The notes below the pieces were generated by a model that was not told where the DNA came from, did no database searches, and saw only the letters and a program-made list of their open reading frames with translations. The position numbers and the translations under genes are program-made. A stretch of DNA of 64,000 nucleotides. Origin: Longimicrobiales bacterium. GTDB lineage: Bacteria > Gemmatimonadota > Gemmatimonadetes > Longimicrobiales > Gaopeijiaceae. The DNA lies in NCBI GenBank assembly GCA_965226375.1, contig CBDDCX010000008.1, forward strand, positions 544,001-608,000. Direction: 5' to 3'. How positions within the stretch are numbered: the first letter of the stretch is position 1; each line of letters opens with the position of its first letter. Shown piece after piece: positions 9,903 through 19,725 of the stretch.

Positions 9903-11414
9903 CTACCGCGATAGCGTTACCAGGTGCGGTTGGCCTTTGCGGACCAGGGAGAGGATGGCGCTGCGCTCTCGGGCGTACACACCCTCTAGTGCCGAACGCA
10001 AAGCCACCAGGCTCCCGACGTTCTCGCTTCCGACCCTGACGACTACATCGCCCGGGACCAGGCCCGCGTTGAACGCGGGCGTGCCTCTCAGTACATCGAT
10101 GACGAGCACGCCCCGGTCGGTGCCGAAGTACTCGGACAACTCGGGATTCAAGTCGCTGAATTGGGCGCCGCCCACGAAGTTGCGACCGACCAGACCTGCG
10201 CTCACGGGCCTTATTCGTACCAGCGGAGGTGTTGCGACAGTGCCGGCGGCACGAGCGCGCTCCCTTCTCTCGAGAGAACCCACCTCGGCGAGTCTCGCCG
10301 CAACTTGTGAAAGCTCCTCCGAGACCCGGTCGTTGTCGGACCTCAACCTGTTGAGCTGAACGTCCGTTTCCCCGAGTGCCCTAGCCTGTCGCGTGATGAT
10401 CGTGACGATTTCCCGCTCACGGGTACGCGTTGCTTCGTTCAGCGTGTGCAACTCGGTCCGAAGTCGGATGACCGCCGTCTTCAACGAGTCCGCCTCCTGA
10501 GAAGACAGAAGGAGGTACTCGAACGGGAGCGCCGACTCCGCGCTCAAGACCACCGAGTAGCGACCACGGGCCTCTACGTTGGGAGCTACCAGCACCGGCT
10601 CTGAGCTCGACCAGCCCCGCACCGAGTCGCTTCCGAAGCTCCACAAGAACCCGCCCGGCCCGAGCGTGACGGAGATGTCGCCTAGTGAGGGCGGCTCCGG
10701 CGGCCTTGCGAAGGCAAGGTCGGGTGACGGCTCTCTCGATCGCGATCGAAAGCTGAACGCGACCGCATTTCTCCTCGCCTGGTCCAGGATCCGATTCGAT
10801 ACCTCCTCGATGGAGTCCCCGGATATGAGCAATCTCACGTGATCGCGGCTCGCCCAAACACCCCGTCCCGATTCCAATCGCGCCTCGAACGACTCGCGAA
10901 CGGCTTCCAGCCGCTCCGACACGTCGGAGGGCAGTGTGAAGTCGGGGCGTGCTCCGGCGGTGAGCGACACGGTACGATGCCGATTATCGCGGCCCTGCAC
11001 CCCGAAGTGGACTTCGTCGCCGATCTCGAGGCTGCCCGTGAGCCGCTCCCATGCCGAGAGTGTCAGCGGCTCTCCATGGATACGCTGGATGACGTCACCC
11101 GGCATCATGCCGGCCAACGCAGCGGGGCTTCCGTCAACGGTCCTCACGACCCGAATGACCGTCTCTCCGGGACCAGTTCCGTCCCTCGTTACCGAGATGT
11201 TGATGCTGACACCCATCCATCCCCGGTCCAAGTGCCCCATGACGATGGTTGGTCGGACCTGCGTCCTGACGTTGCTGCCTGTGCCCACCTGGGCCCGTGC
11301 CTGAGGTGGAGAGAGGACGATCGCCACCGACATGGCGATCAAAACCACCGGACGAGGGGTCCGGAGCCACCTACGGAGACTCGGCATCGTCATTTCGGAT
11401 CGGAGGGGCCGCAT
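9903..11414 (-). CDS. Exported PDZ-domain protein (two PDZ-like domains flanking a coiled coil)
   Basis: Signal peptide; GWMGVSI...GSPAALAGMMPGDVI and GVLVIDVLRGTPAFNAGLVPGDVVVRV. Confidence 0.85.
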   Translation of the reverse strand: MRPLRSEMTMPSLRRWLRTPRPVVLIAMSVAIVLSPPQARAQVGTGSNVRTQVRPTIVMGHLDRGWMGVSINISVTRDGTGPGETVIRVVRTVDGSPAALAGMMPGDVIQRIHGEPLTLSAWERLTGSLEIGDEVHFGVQGRDNRHRTVSLTAGARPDFTLPSDVSERLEAVRESFEARLESGRGVWASRDHVRLLISGDSIEEVSNRILDQARRNAVAFSFRSRSREPSPDLAFARPPEPPSLGDISVTLGPGGFLWSFGSDSVRGWSSSEPVLVAPNVEARGRYSVVLSAESALPFEYLLLSSQEADSLKTAVIRLRTELHTLNEATRTREREIVTIITRQARALGETDVQLNRLRSDNDRVSEELSQVAARLAEVGSLERRERARAAGTVATPPLVRIRPVSAGLVGRNFVGGAQFSDLNPELSEYFGTDRGVLVIDVLRGTPAFNAGLVPGDVVVRVGSENVGSLVALRSALEGVYARERSAILSLVRKGQPHLVTLSR

Positions 11415-12085
11415 CAGAACCAGTTGTCTCCACCGCTCACGGAGATCTGCCTCAGCGTTTCTTGACGTTCAGCGAGCACGTTGACCAGGAACCCGTTGAA
11501 CACCGGATCGGCAGGGGCGAGGCGTAGAGCTTCCTGGCTTGCGGCGAGGAGCCCCTCGAGCGCCGCGACACGGCTCAGCGGATCCTCGAATCGGGTCTGG
11601 TTATCACCGCCCGCCAACTGACGGAAACGCACCAGGGCCTGCATGTAGGTTTGCTCCGCGAACTGGACGGCTTGGGCCGCCTCATCGGCCGTGGAGATCT
11701 GCGATACCGGGACCATCATGCTCTCGAGGGAGAAGGGATCGACCGCTCCGTTGTGAGTGGTCACCGCGAGCCCGAAACCGGTCCCGCCCAGGAAAAGTAC
11801 GACGGCCGCGGCAGCCTGCATCCATGCCGGGGCTGCGGCAAAGCCGAAGCGACGGAAGCTCTCTTCGGTCCGAATCAGACCCTCGCTCACCAAACGCGCC
11901 TCCAGCGACCCCCAGTCACCCGGAGGTGGCCGGATGGCTGTGAGCTCTCCCAGGCTCTCCGATTGGAGCCTGAATGCCCGAAGCTCCTCGGCGCACTGCG
12001 TGCATGAGTGTAGATGCTCCCGCTCGTCCGGATTGGGACGCTCGTCGACGAGGCGGGCCAGAGTTTCGCTTGTCAGATGCTCCAT
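11414..12085 (-). CDS. Putative anti-sigma factor (HxxxCxxC zinc finger plus TM helix)
   Basis: EHL...HLHSCTQC motif, hydrophobic segment AAAAVVLFLGGTGFGL, directly downstream of an ECF sigma gene. Confidence 0.85.
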   Translation of the reverse strand: MEHLTSETLARLVDERPNPDEREHLHSCTQCAEELRAFRLQSESLGELTAIRPPPGDWGSLEARLVSEGLIRTEESFRRFGFAAAPAWMQAAAAVVLFLGGTGFGLAVTTHNGAVDPFSLESMMVPVSQISTADEAAQAVQFAEQTYMQALVRFRQLAGGDNQTRFEDPLSRVAALEGLLAASQEALRLAPADPVFNGFLVNVLAERQETLRQISVSGGDNWF

Positions 12086-12303
12086 GCTTCCAATTCCTCT
12101 CGGTCATCCGGCGTATTCAACGCCTTCAGCAACTCTCTCATCTTCCCCCGCGCCTTGAACAGTTGGGACTTCGATGTCCCCGACGCCGTTCCCAACAACT
12201 CACCGATCTCATCGTGCGTATAACCCTCCACGTCGTGGAGGATCAGGACCTTTCGCATGCGCTCAGGCAGACGGTCCAGCGCCCACTCCAGTTTTTGGCC
12301 CAG

Positions 12304-13370
12304 ATGGGGTATTGCCTTAAGTCCACCGCCCACTACATGTTGTGGTCATGGCGGTTCCGGCTTCTCAGCTCCGTGGCGGCGTGGACTATCCCCGTACGCG
12401 GCTGGAGTTGGACGAGTTCTTCCCCGACGATGCGGCATGCCTGGAGTACGTGGAGGGTCTGCGCTGGCCGGAAGGGTTTGTGTGCGTGGGCTGTGGCGGG
12501 TTGGGAGAGGTCTGGCGAGCATCGCGGGGGCGTCTCGTCTGCCCACACTGTCGAAGGCAGACCTCGGTGCTGGCGGGAACCGTGTTCCACCGCACGCGCT
12601 CGCCCCTGCGTCTGTGGTTTCTCGCTGCCTGGGAGCTCACGAGCCAGAAATACGGAGCCAATGCTCTCGGGCTCCAGCGCGTGCTCGGACTGGGAAGCTA
12701 CAAGACAGCGTGGGTCTGGCTCCACAAGCTCCGCCGGGCCATGGTCCGACCGGATCGCGACCAGCTGAGCGGCGTTGTGCAAGTGGACGAGAGCTATGTC
12801 GGGGGCGTGGAGGCTGGAGTGCGGGGCCGCGAGACGATCAAGAAGGCCATCGTCGCGATCGCCGCCGAGGTCGACGGACGCAAGATCGGGAGAATACGGC
12901 TGCGTTGGGTGCCCGACCTCTCCGCTCCGGTTCTGCGAGGCTTCGTCAAGGATAGCATCGCACCGGCAAGCACGGTGCATACCGACGGATGGCCAAGCTA
13001 TCAGGGACTCGCCAAACTGGGCTTTCGCCACACGGTCACGAACCTCTCGACCTCCGGCGATCCCGCTCACGTGCTCATGTCGGCCGTACATCGGGTGGCG
13101 TCTCTCCTCAAGCGCTGGGTCCTCGGAACCCTCCAAGGAGGGATCGCCCGCGAACACCTCCCCTACTATCTGGACGAGTTCACCTTTCGCTTCAACCGAC
13201 GCACATCCCGGGCTCGCGGCCTGTTGTTCTACCGCTTGCTTGAGCAGGCTGTTCAGTGTGCTCCCACGCCAGCTTCGGCCCTTTACCTCGGCACCGGACG
13301 TGGGAAACGGCCCGCAGAGCCCCGGTAACCACTATATCTTGGGGTCGGTGGACTTAAGGGAATACCCCCT
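12304..13370 (+). mobile_element. IS1595-family insertion sequence, copy 1 (1067 bp)
   Basis: TIR cores ggggtattgccttaagtccaccg / cggtggacttaagggaatacccc (1 mismatch in 23); 9-bp TSD ttggcccag at 12295-12303 and 13371-13379. Confidence 0.97.
12342..13328 (+). CDS. IS1595-family DDE transposase (ISSod11-like)
   Basis: N-terminal Zn ribbon (CVGC...CPHC), VQVDESYVGG, VHTDGWPSY, HRVASLLK, YLDEFTFRFNRR. Confidence 0.96.
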   Translation: MVMAVPASQLRGGVDYPRTRLELDEFFPDDAACLEYVEGLRWPEGFVCVGCGGLGEVWRASRGRLVCPHCRRQTSVLAGTVFHRTRSPLRLWFLAAWELTSQKYGANALGLQRVLGLGSYKTAWVWLHKLRRAMVRPDRDQLSGVVQVDESYVGGVEAGVRGRETIKKAIVAIAAEVDGRKIGRIRLRWVPDLSAPVLRGFVKDSIAPASTVHTDGWPSYQGLAKLGFRHTVTNLSTSGDPAHVLMSAVHRVASLLKRWVLGTLQGGIAREHLPYYLDEFTFRFNRRTSRARGLLFYRLLEQAVQCAPTPASALYLGTGRGKRPAEPR

Positions 13371-13812
13371 TTGGCCCAGAAGGGCGTCGGTCCGAGGCGG
13401 AGGCACAGCGATCGTCTCCGGCATAGGTGCCTCACGCTTCTCACGGGTCTCAGCGCGCCTCACGGCCTGGAGCGCCGAGTTCACCGCGATACGGTGGAGC
13501 CACGTGGAAAAACGTGAGTCTCCTCGGAAGGTGGGAAGAGCACGGATCGCTCTGATCCACGCTTCCTGAGCGTAGTCGTGTGCCAGATCGTCATCGGCCG
13601 CAATTCGGCGGACGACTGCATAGACCCGAGGGGAATACCGCTCATACAGCGAGCGAACGGCCTGGCCATCCCCCTGGACGGCTTTTCGTATCAGCTGAGC
13701 TTCGTTCATGCCTTCAAAGCTTGGAGGTGCACCTCTAACGGTCTGTGCCTTTGACGTTGGCACCGAGCTCTAGGGTTGCCCGAAAGGTGTGGGTTGGCAT
13801 ACGGTGCCGTCC

Positions 13813-14535
13813 ATGATCGAGTTCCAGGGCCTCACCAAAACGTATGGCCGCCTCAAGGCGGTCGACCGACTTTCTCTGCGCGTCGAGCCTGGAGAAGTAT
13901 ACGCCCTACTCGGCCCCAACGGAGCAGGAAAGACCACGGCGCTCCGCTGTTTGGCTTCCCTGATCGTTCCCACTTCCGGCACGGCGTCCGTGGGTGACGC
14001 CGATGTCGAGCGCGAACCTCTCGAGGTGCGCAAGCGCATAGGATTCCTGGCAGCGTCCATGGGGCTATATGAGCGGCTCACACCGGTGGAGTTGCTCACC
14101 TACTTCGGTCGCCTACACGGGGTCGGCGAGCCGGAGCTCGAACGTCGCGTGTCCCGGCTCGTGGAGATCTTCGGAATCGCGGACTTCTCGAACCAGCGCT
14201 GTGGTACGCTTTCCACCGGTCAGCGGCAGCGGGTCTCTGTTGCACGGGCCCTCGTTCACGATCCTCCGGCCCTGATTCTGGATGAACCGACCATGGGCCT
14301 GGACGTGCTGAGTGGTGAGGTGATCTACCGCTTCATCGAGAAGGAGAGGGAGCGAGGCAAGGCGATACTCTTCTCGACCCACCAGATGGCCGAGGTAGAG
14401 CTCCTCGCCGACCGAATCGGGGTGTTGAGCGCCGGGCGTCTGGTCGCCGAGGGCACTCCGGCTTCGCTCATCGAGCAGACAGGGCAGACGAGCCTCGCCC
14501 GGGCCTTCTTGTCGCTGGTGGAGGAGCGGACGTGA
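13813..14535 (+). CDS. ABC transporter ATP-binding protein (NatA-like)
   Basis: GPNGAGKTT, LSTGQRQRV, ILDEPTMGLD, ILFSTH. Confidence 0.93.
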   Translation: MIEFQGLTKTYGRLKAVDRLSLRVEPGEVYALLGPNGAGKTTALRCLASLIVPTSGTASVGDADVEREPLEVRKRIGFLAASMGLYERLTPVELLTYFGRLHGVGEPELERRVSRLVEIFGIADFSNQRCGTLSTGQRQRVSVARALVHDPPALILDEPTMGLDVLSGEVIYRFIEKERERGKAILFSTHQMAEVELLADRIGVLSAGRLVAEGTPASLIEQTGQTSLARAFLSLVEERT

Positions 14536-16613
14536 ACATCGCTTGGGTCGTGTTCCAAAAGGAGCTGCGGGAGACGCTGAGAGATCGGCGCACCCTCATG
14601 ATGATGGTGGCCGTGCCGGTGCTCCTCTATCCCATCCTCATGATCTCCGCTGAGCAGCTCACGCTCATGGGAATGCGACAGCTCGAGGCCGAGCCTTCCT
14701 TGATTGGTGTGTCTGGGCCGGATGCCGGGACGGCCCGGGAATATCTCGACGGACTCGAGGATCTGACGGTGCTCGAGGTGACCGATCCGGTAGAGGCCGT
14801 CCGATCCGACTCGGTGCACGCGGTGGTGTTGTTCGCGGCATCACCGGTGACCGATTCGACCCGGAGGGTCACGATTGTCTACGACGCCGCCGACGAGCGC
14901 TCCCAGCGGGCCCGCGGACTGTTGGCTCGGGCATTACGGGATTGGGGGGACACGCTCGTCGCCGGCCGTTTGTTGGAGCGCGGTCTGCCGAGCGGGTTCG
15001 CGCAACCTCTGTCGGTGGCGGATTCGTCCGTCGCCCGGGCCGAGGAGCTCGGTGGGTACGCGCTGGGGCGATTCCTTCCCATGCTACTGATCCTGATGAC
15101 GTTGCTCGGCACCTTCTATCCCGCAATCGATCTGGCGGCGGGCGAGAAGGAGCGTGGCACCCTCGAGACGCTTCTCACCGCACCCGTTCCGGCGCGTGAC
15201 ATCGTCGCCGGAAAGTTTCTCACGGTCGCCCTCATCGGAATCGTCGCGGCGGCTCTCAACCTGGCCAGCATGCTTCTCACTTTTCAGACTGGCCTCTTTC
15301 AACTGGGCGACGCCTTCGACATCGACTTCGCGCTCCCCCTAGGGGCCGTCGCCATCATCTTCGTGACCTTGGTGCCCCTTGCGGTCCTGTTCGGGTCGCT
15401 GTTCTTGGGAGTGGCGCTCCGTTCGAGATCCTTCAAAGAAGCCCAGAATGCTCTGACGCCCATCTATCTGGCGGTCATCATCCCGGCGTTACTTCCGGTC
15501 TTTCCCGGAATCGACTTCACGGTTGCCCTGGCGGCCGTGCCAGTGGCGGGGGTCGGGCTGTTCTTTCGGGAGTTGATGGCGGGTAGCCCGGCCGTAGTTC
15601 CATCTCTCGTAGCGGTGGCGACGACCCTACTGTGGGCCTGGGCGGCCCTGGCTTTTGCGGCGGTGTCGTTCGGTAGGGAACAGGTGCTGTTCGGCGAGGG
15701 CGACGGGAGGGTCGAGGCCGGGAGCCGAGGCCTCAGGGCGCAACTCCGGGCTTGGATCGGTCCCCGCGGTGCCACCCCGCAGCCGGTCCACGCTCTGGTC
15801 TTCATTCTGGTCGTCGGCGCGATTTTCTTCTACCTGGGTTTTCCGCTCCAGGCGCGATTGGGCGAGACGGGCCTGTTCCTCTCCGAGTGGTTGCTGCTAC
15901 TCACCCCTGCGGTGCTGTTCGTTGCGCTGGCGGGTTTCGACGCCCGTGCGACGCTGTCCCTGCGACGACCCAGGGGTCGACAGTTGGGGGCGGCGCTACT
16001 CCTCATTGCCGGCGCCATGCCACTCGGTTGGTTTCTGGCGTGGATACAGGGCTTCGTGATCCCGATTCCCTGGGAGCTGTTGGAAGGGCTCGATGAGCTG
16101 CTCACGGCGGAGAGTACGCCCAGACTCTTGTGGTTGCTCGTGATCTTCGCGGTCACACCCGCGCTCTGCGAGGAGTTCGTCTTCAGGGGGGTCTTTCTCG
16201 GCGGAACCCGCGGGAACGGGTCGGTCATCCGGGTCGCCCTCCTCAACGGACTGGTGTTCGGCGTCTTCCACGTCTCGTTCGAGTCGGTCTTTCGGTTTCT
16301 TCCCACGGCCTGGCTGGGGGTCGTGCTGGCCTGGGCCGTCCTTACGACTTCATCCATCTGGGTCGGGGTGCTCATGCACTTTGTCAATAATGGTGCGATT
16401 GTGCTGATCGTCTCCGTGCCGGCACTCCGCGCCTGGTTCGAGGCCGGGGGTGACGCTCCCCCGTGGCTACTGCTCCCCCCCGCCGTGATATCCATGGGCT
16501 TGGGCGTGAGGCTGCTCCGAGATGGCGAGAACAAGGGCGACCCGGGGTTTCCAGCGGAACCGGGTGTCCTATCTTCATCGCGTGAACCCACCTCTACACT
16601 GAGAGATAGATGA
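14532..16613 (+). CDS. ABC-2 permease (NatB-like) fused to a CPBP/CAAX intramembrane protease domain
   Basis: KELRETLRDRRT, AGEKERGTLETLL; C-terminal PALCEEFVFRG...FGVFH...HFVNN. Confidence 0.92.
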   Translation: MNIAWVVFQKELRETLRDRRTLMMMVAVPVLLYPILMISAEQLTLMGMRQLEAEPSLIGVSGPDAGTAREYLDGLEDLTVLEVTDPVEAVRSDSVHAVVLFAASPVTDSTRRVTIVYDAADERSQRARGLLARALRDWGDTLVAGRLLERGLPSGFAQPLSVADSSVARAEELGGYALGRFLPMLLILMTLLGTFYPAIDLAAGEKERGTLETLLTAPVPARDIVAGKFLTVALIGIVAAALNLASMLLTFQTGLFQLGDAFDIDFALPLGAVAIIFVTLVPLAVLFGSLFLGVALRSRSFKEAQNALTPIYLAVIIPALLPVFPGIDFTVALAAVPVAGVGLFFRELMAGSPAVVPSLVAVATTLLWAWAALAFAAVSFGREQVLFGEGDGRVEAGSRGLRAQLRAWIGPRGATPQPVHALVFILVVGAIFFYLGFPLQARLGETGLFLSEWLLLLTPAVLFVALAGFDARATLSLRRPRGRQLGAALLLIAGAMPLGWFLAWIQGFVIPIPWELLEGLDELLTAESTPRLLWLLVIFAVTPALCEEFVFRGVFLGGTRGNGSVIRVALLNGLVFGVFHVSFESVFRFLPTAWLGVVLAWAVLTTSSIWVGVLMHFVNNGAIVLIVSVPALRAWFEAGGDAPPWLLLPPAVISMGLGVRLLRDGENKGDPGFPAEPGVLSSSREPTSTLRDR

Positions 16614-17800
16614 GCGACCCATCAAGGCCCCTGGCCGGTGCCACCCACCTCGAATGCACCGCCACCGGGGAGACCGTTGAAAGTGAGGCCCTTCACGGCC
16701 TTTCCAGGGCTGGTAAGCCCTACTTCGCCCGTTACGACCTCGACTCCCTGCGGTCCGAGTTTCAGCCCTCTCACCTGCCGACGCGGCGTGCCGATCTCTG
16801 GCGTTATGAAGAAGTCCTGCCCGTCCGTGATCGGGCCTTTCAGGTCAGCTTGGGGGAGGGGTGGACTCCTCTCCTGGACGCTCCCCGCCTCGCCTCTCGG
16901 ATGGGTGTGGGACGGATTTGGGTGAAGGACGAGGGGCAGAACCCGACGGGTAGCTTCAAGGATCGAGGCCTTTGTCTGGCCGTTTCGAGGGCGAAAGAAC
17001 TCGGGGCCACGGAACTGGCGCTGCCGTCGGCGGGCAACGCAGGTGGGGCTGCCGCTGCATACGGCGCGGCGGCCGGTCTTCCGGTCCACGTTGTCGTGCC
17101 CATGGACACCCCCGCCCCCATCCTGGCCGAGATGAGGGCGCTCGGCGCCGATCTCCAGCTTCTGGACGGGTTGATTACCGACTGCGGCAAGGTGGTGAAG
17201 CAGGGTGTAGAGGAGCACGGCTGGTTCGATCTCTCCACGCTCAAGGAGCCGTACCGGGTGGAGGGCAAGAAGACCATGGGTTACGAGATCTTCGAGCAGC
17301 TCGGGGGACGTCTTCCGGACGGCATCGTGTATCCCACGGGCGGGGGGACGGGCCTCATCGGTATGTGGAAGGCCTTCGACGAGATGGAGCGTCTCGGCTG
17401 GATCGGGTCGGAGCGCCCCAAGATGTTCTCGGTTCAGGCCGAGGGGTGTGCGCCCATGGTTCGCGCCTGGGAGAGTGGCGCCACCGAGGCGGAGATGTGG
17501 CAAGACGCTACGACCTACGCGTCGGGCCTCAGAGTTCCCGGTGCGGTCGGTGACTTCCTGATACTGGGGGCTGTACGAGAGTCAGGAGGGGCGGCCGTCG
17601 CGATTCCGGATCAGGACATGGCGGACTGGGTGGGCTTTCTAGGACAGGACACCGGCATATTCGCCGCCCCCGAGGGTGGGGCCGTAGCGGCCGCGGTTCC
17701 GGCGCTCCTGGAGATGGGGGCGCTGGACTCCGAGGATGAGGTCGTGCTGTTCAATACGGGAAGCGGACTGAAGTATGTCGGGATGTCCCCCGTCTCCTGA
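16610..17800 (+). CDS. thrC: Threonine synthase (PLP-dependent, fold II)
   Basis: SLGEGWTPL, KDEGQNPTGSFKDRG, PSAGNAG, EGKKTMGYE, YPTGGGTG, FNTGSGLKY. Confidence 0.88.
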   Translation: MSDPSRPLAGATHLECTATGETVESEALHGLSRAGKPYFARYDLDSLRSEFQPSHLPTRRADLWRYEEVLPVRDRAFQVSLGEGWTPLLDAPRLASRMGVGRIWVKDEGQNPTGSFKDRGLCLAVSRAKELGATELALPSAGNAGGAAAAYGAAAGLPVHVVVPMDTPAPILAEMRALGADLQLLDGLITDCGKVVKQGVEEHGWFDLSTLKEPYRVEGKKTMGYEIFEQLGGRLPDGIVYPTGGGTGLIGMWKAFDEMERLGWIGSERPKMFSVQAEGCAPMVRAWESGATEAEMWQDATTYASGLRVPGAVGDFLILGAVRESGGAAVAIPDQDMADWVGFLGQDTGIFAAPEGGAVAAAVPALLEMGALDSEDEVVLFNTGSGLKYVGMSPVS

Positions 17801-17805
17801 CCATC

Positions 17806-18057
17806 ATGCGCTTCGCCTGGCCGGCACTCTGGTTCCTCCTCGGTGGCCTCGTGGTCTACGCCTGGGTCTCGATGCGGCTCAAGATCCGGAAAGCGCTGGA
17901 GGTGCCCCTGCCCAATCTTGACGATGAGGCGGTTCGTCGAATCGAAGAGATGGGCACGCTGGTCACCGACGACCCGCCGCCGCTCGACCTGGAACAGATC
18001 CGTGAAAAGGAGGACGAGTTCTGGGAGCAGACCTGGGATGAGGCCGAAGAACTCTAG
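17806..18057 (+). CDS. Small membrane-anchored hypothetical protein
   Basis: N-terminal TM helix, acidic C-terminus; starts 5 bp after thrC. Confidence 0.7.
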   Translation: MRFAWPALWFLLGGLVVYAWVSMRLKIRKALEVPLPNLDDEAVRRIEEMGTLVTDDPPPLDLEQIREKEDEFWEQTWDEAEEL

Positions 18058-18064
18058 AAGAACT

Positions 18065-18640
18065 CTAGGGCTTTGCCCGATAGTAGAAGCCCGGGAGGGG
18101 GATCGGCCGATGGCTGATGGGAGTGTCGTCCAACGGATCCCCGCGTTGTATCAAAAGACCCTCATTGAGGGCTAGGCTTGCGCCGAGGAAGTGATCTCCA
18201 GCCAGATTCCAGTCGGCCCCCAACGGAATTCTGAGGAGAAGCGTCTTACCGGTTCGCTGCGTCGGATCCTCCGGTGAAGCCGCAAGGCCCCAGAGTCCGA
18301 TGCCCAGGAAGGGCTGCAGGTCCCCGCCGCCGAAATACTGCTTTCCGGTGACCGCCAGGCTCACGTCTTTGAAGCTGAACGTGGCCAGGTTCGTGTCTAT
18401 ACTCCGATCACCCCACCGGAACTCGAAGGAGAGCCCCACCAGCCCGATTCCTCCTGCAGTGACGCCAATGCGGAACTCCATGTCGTCGTTCCCTGCCGAC
18501 GACTGGGCTCGGACGGGCGACGGTGCGAGTGCCAGAAGGCCCGAAGCGGTCGAGAGTAGGAGGAGTCGCCCAATACTCCCGGACGAATGCCGAGAAGAGC
18601 GGAGGCGATCGGGGGGGGCGGAAGAGAAGCGAGAACTCAT
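18065..18640 (-). CDS. Exported hypothetical protein (small beta-barrel-like)
   Basis: Signal peptide ending VRA-Q; alternating hydrophobic strands. Confidence 0.6.
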   Translation of the reverse strand: MSSRFSSAPPDRLRSSRHSSGSIGRLLLLSTASGLLALAPSPVRAQSSAGNDDMEFRIGVTAGGIGLVGLSFEFRWGDRSIDTNLATFSFKDVSLAVTGKQYFGGGDLQPFLGIGLWGLAASPEDPTQRTGKTLLLRIPLGADWNLAGDHFLGASLALNEGLLIQRGDPLDDTPISHRPIPLPGFYYRAKP

Positions 18641-18750
18641 GGAGCCGGAGTATAGAGTAATCGATCATGGGGGGCTATCCTGTTGGCCCTGTTGCGAGTG
18701 ACTCCCGTGGGGCTTGGGGATAAACGAATTTACGCGCGAGGAGCCGGCCG

Positions 18751-19695
18751 GTGGAGGATGGTGGGGCACGAAGGGTGACGAATTACCTGCGGCTGCCGGC
18801 TCTGGGTCTCTCGATGATCGTCGTGGCGTCGTCGTGTGCTCCTCCGGACCGGCCGGTGCGGTCGGTCGAGCGGCTCCCTCAGGCTCTGTTGACCTATCTC
18901 GAGCCTGACACGGTACGAAGTCGTTTCGTTCAGGACGGGCTCGACTACCACTACGTCTGGTCGCCCAAGGGCCCATGGGCGGTTCACCTGTTGAAGCTCG
19001 ACCTGGAGCGCTGCGATCTTGGACTGGCCGTGCTCCCGGCTGGTTATGAGGAGCCGCCCGACCCGGGCCTCGCCACCGTCTCGGTGTTGGTGGAATCCGG
19101 CCATGATGGGATTATCGCGGCTGTAAACGGAGACTTCTTCACACCAGAAGGACAGCCGTTGGGGCCCGAGGTCGCGAATGGCCTGCTCCTGCGGTCCCGT
19201 CCACGCCCTGCCTTTTCCTGGAGACCCGGTAACGATCCTTGGATCGGAATGAGCCGTGTAGGAGAGGCAGGGGGGCTGCAGGCGGGGTTCTGGATCTCTG
19301 GTGACCCGAACTTGCACGCTCAGGTGGTGGGTGGATTCCCAGAGCTGCTGGATGAGGGTCACCACGTCGCGGCGGCCGCGCTCGACCCCACGCAGAGTTT
19401 TGCGGCGTTTCGTCATCCTCGCACCGCCATTGGGTATGACCCGGAGGCTCGTCGACTGTGGCTCTTGGTCGTTGACGGAAGGCAGGGCGCTTACTCGTCC
19501 GGGATGACGTTGGTCGAGCTTACCGAGGCCCTGTCGGCCGTGGGCGCCACCGAGGCCCTCAACCTCGATGGTGGTGGCTCGTCCATAATGGTCGTGGGGG
19601 ACAGAGTCCTCAGTCACCCGTCGGATGAAGATGGCGAGCGGAGCGTTCGAAATGCCTTGGCCGTGGTCGTCGCTCCGGAGTATTGCAGCCGTTAA
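18751..19695 (+). CDS. Phosphodiester glycosidase family (NAGPA-like) lipoprotein
   Basis: AAVNGDFF, RHPRTAIG, VVDGRQ...SSGMTL, ALNLDGGGSS, ERSVRNAL. Confidence 0.92.
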   Translation: MEDGGARRVTNYLRLPALGLSMIVVASSCAPPDRPVRSVERLPQALLTYLEPDTVRSRFVQDGLDYHYVWSPKGPWAVHLLKLDLERCDLGLAVLPAGYEEPPDPGLATVSVLVESGHDGIIAAVNGDFFTPEGQPLGPEVANGLLLRSRPRPAFSWRPGNDPWIGMSRVGEAGGLQAGFWISGDPNLHAQVVGGFPELLDEGHHVAAAALDPTQSFAAFRHPRTAIGYDPEARRLWLLVVDGRQGAYSSGMTLVELTEALSAVGATEALNLDGGGSSIMVVGDRVLSHPSDEDGERSVRNALAVVVAPEYCSR

Positions 19696-19725
19696 CGTAG
19701 TGCCGCAGGACTTCCACGAACTACC

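Larger units (their letters stand above)
12073..13709 (-). pseudogene. ECF sigma factor interrupted by IS1595 copy 1
   Basis: Removing the IS and one target copy restores an in-frame 186-aa ORF (...TDALLGQKLEWALDRLPERMRKVLILHDVEGYTHDEIG...); region 2 FRGDSRFSTWLHRIAVN. Confidence 0.95.

Noticed and set aside
12333..13157. 274-aa antisense ORF repeated in all IS copies
   Set aside because: Shadow ORF of the GC-rich transposase gene; no motif; repeated only because the IS is repeated.
13751..13780. Autoregulatory ECF promoter GCAAC-N18-CGTC upstream of the interrupted sigma, and a similar motif at 3303-3329
   Set aside because: Short motifs with a spacer longer than usual; cannot be distinguished from chance by eye.
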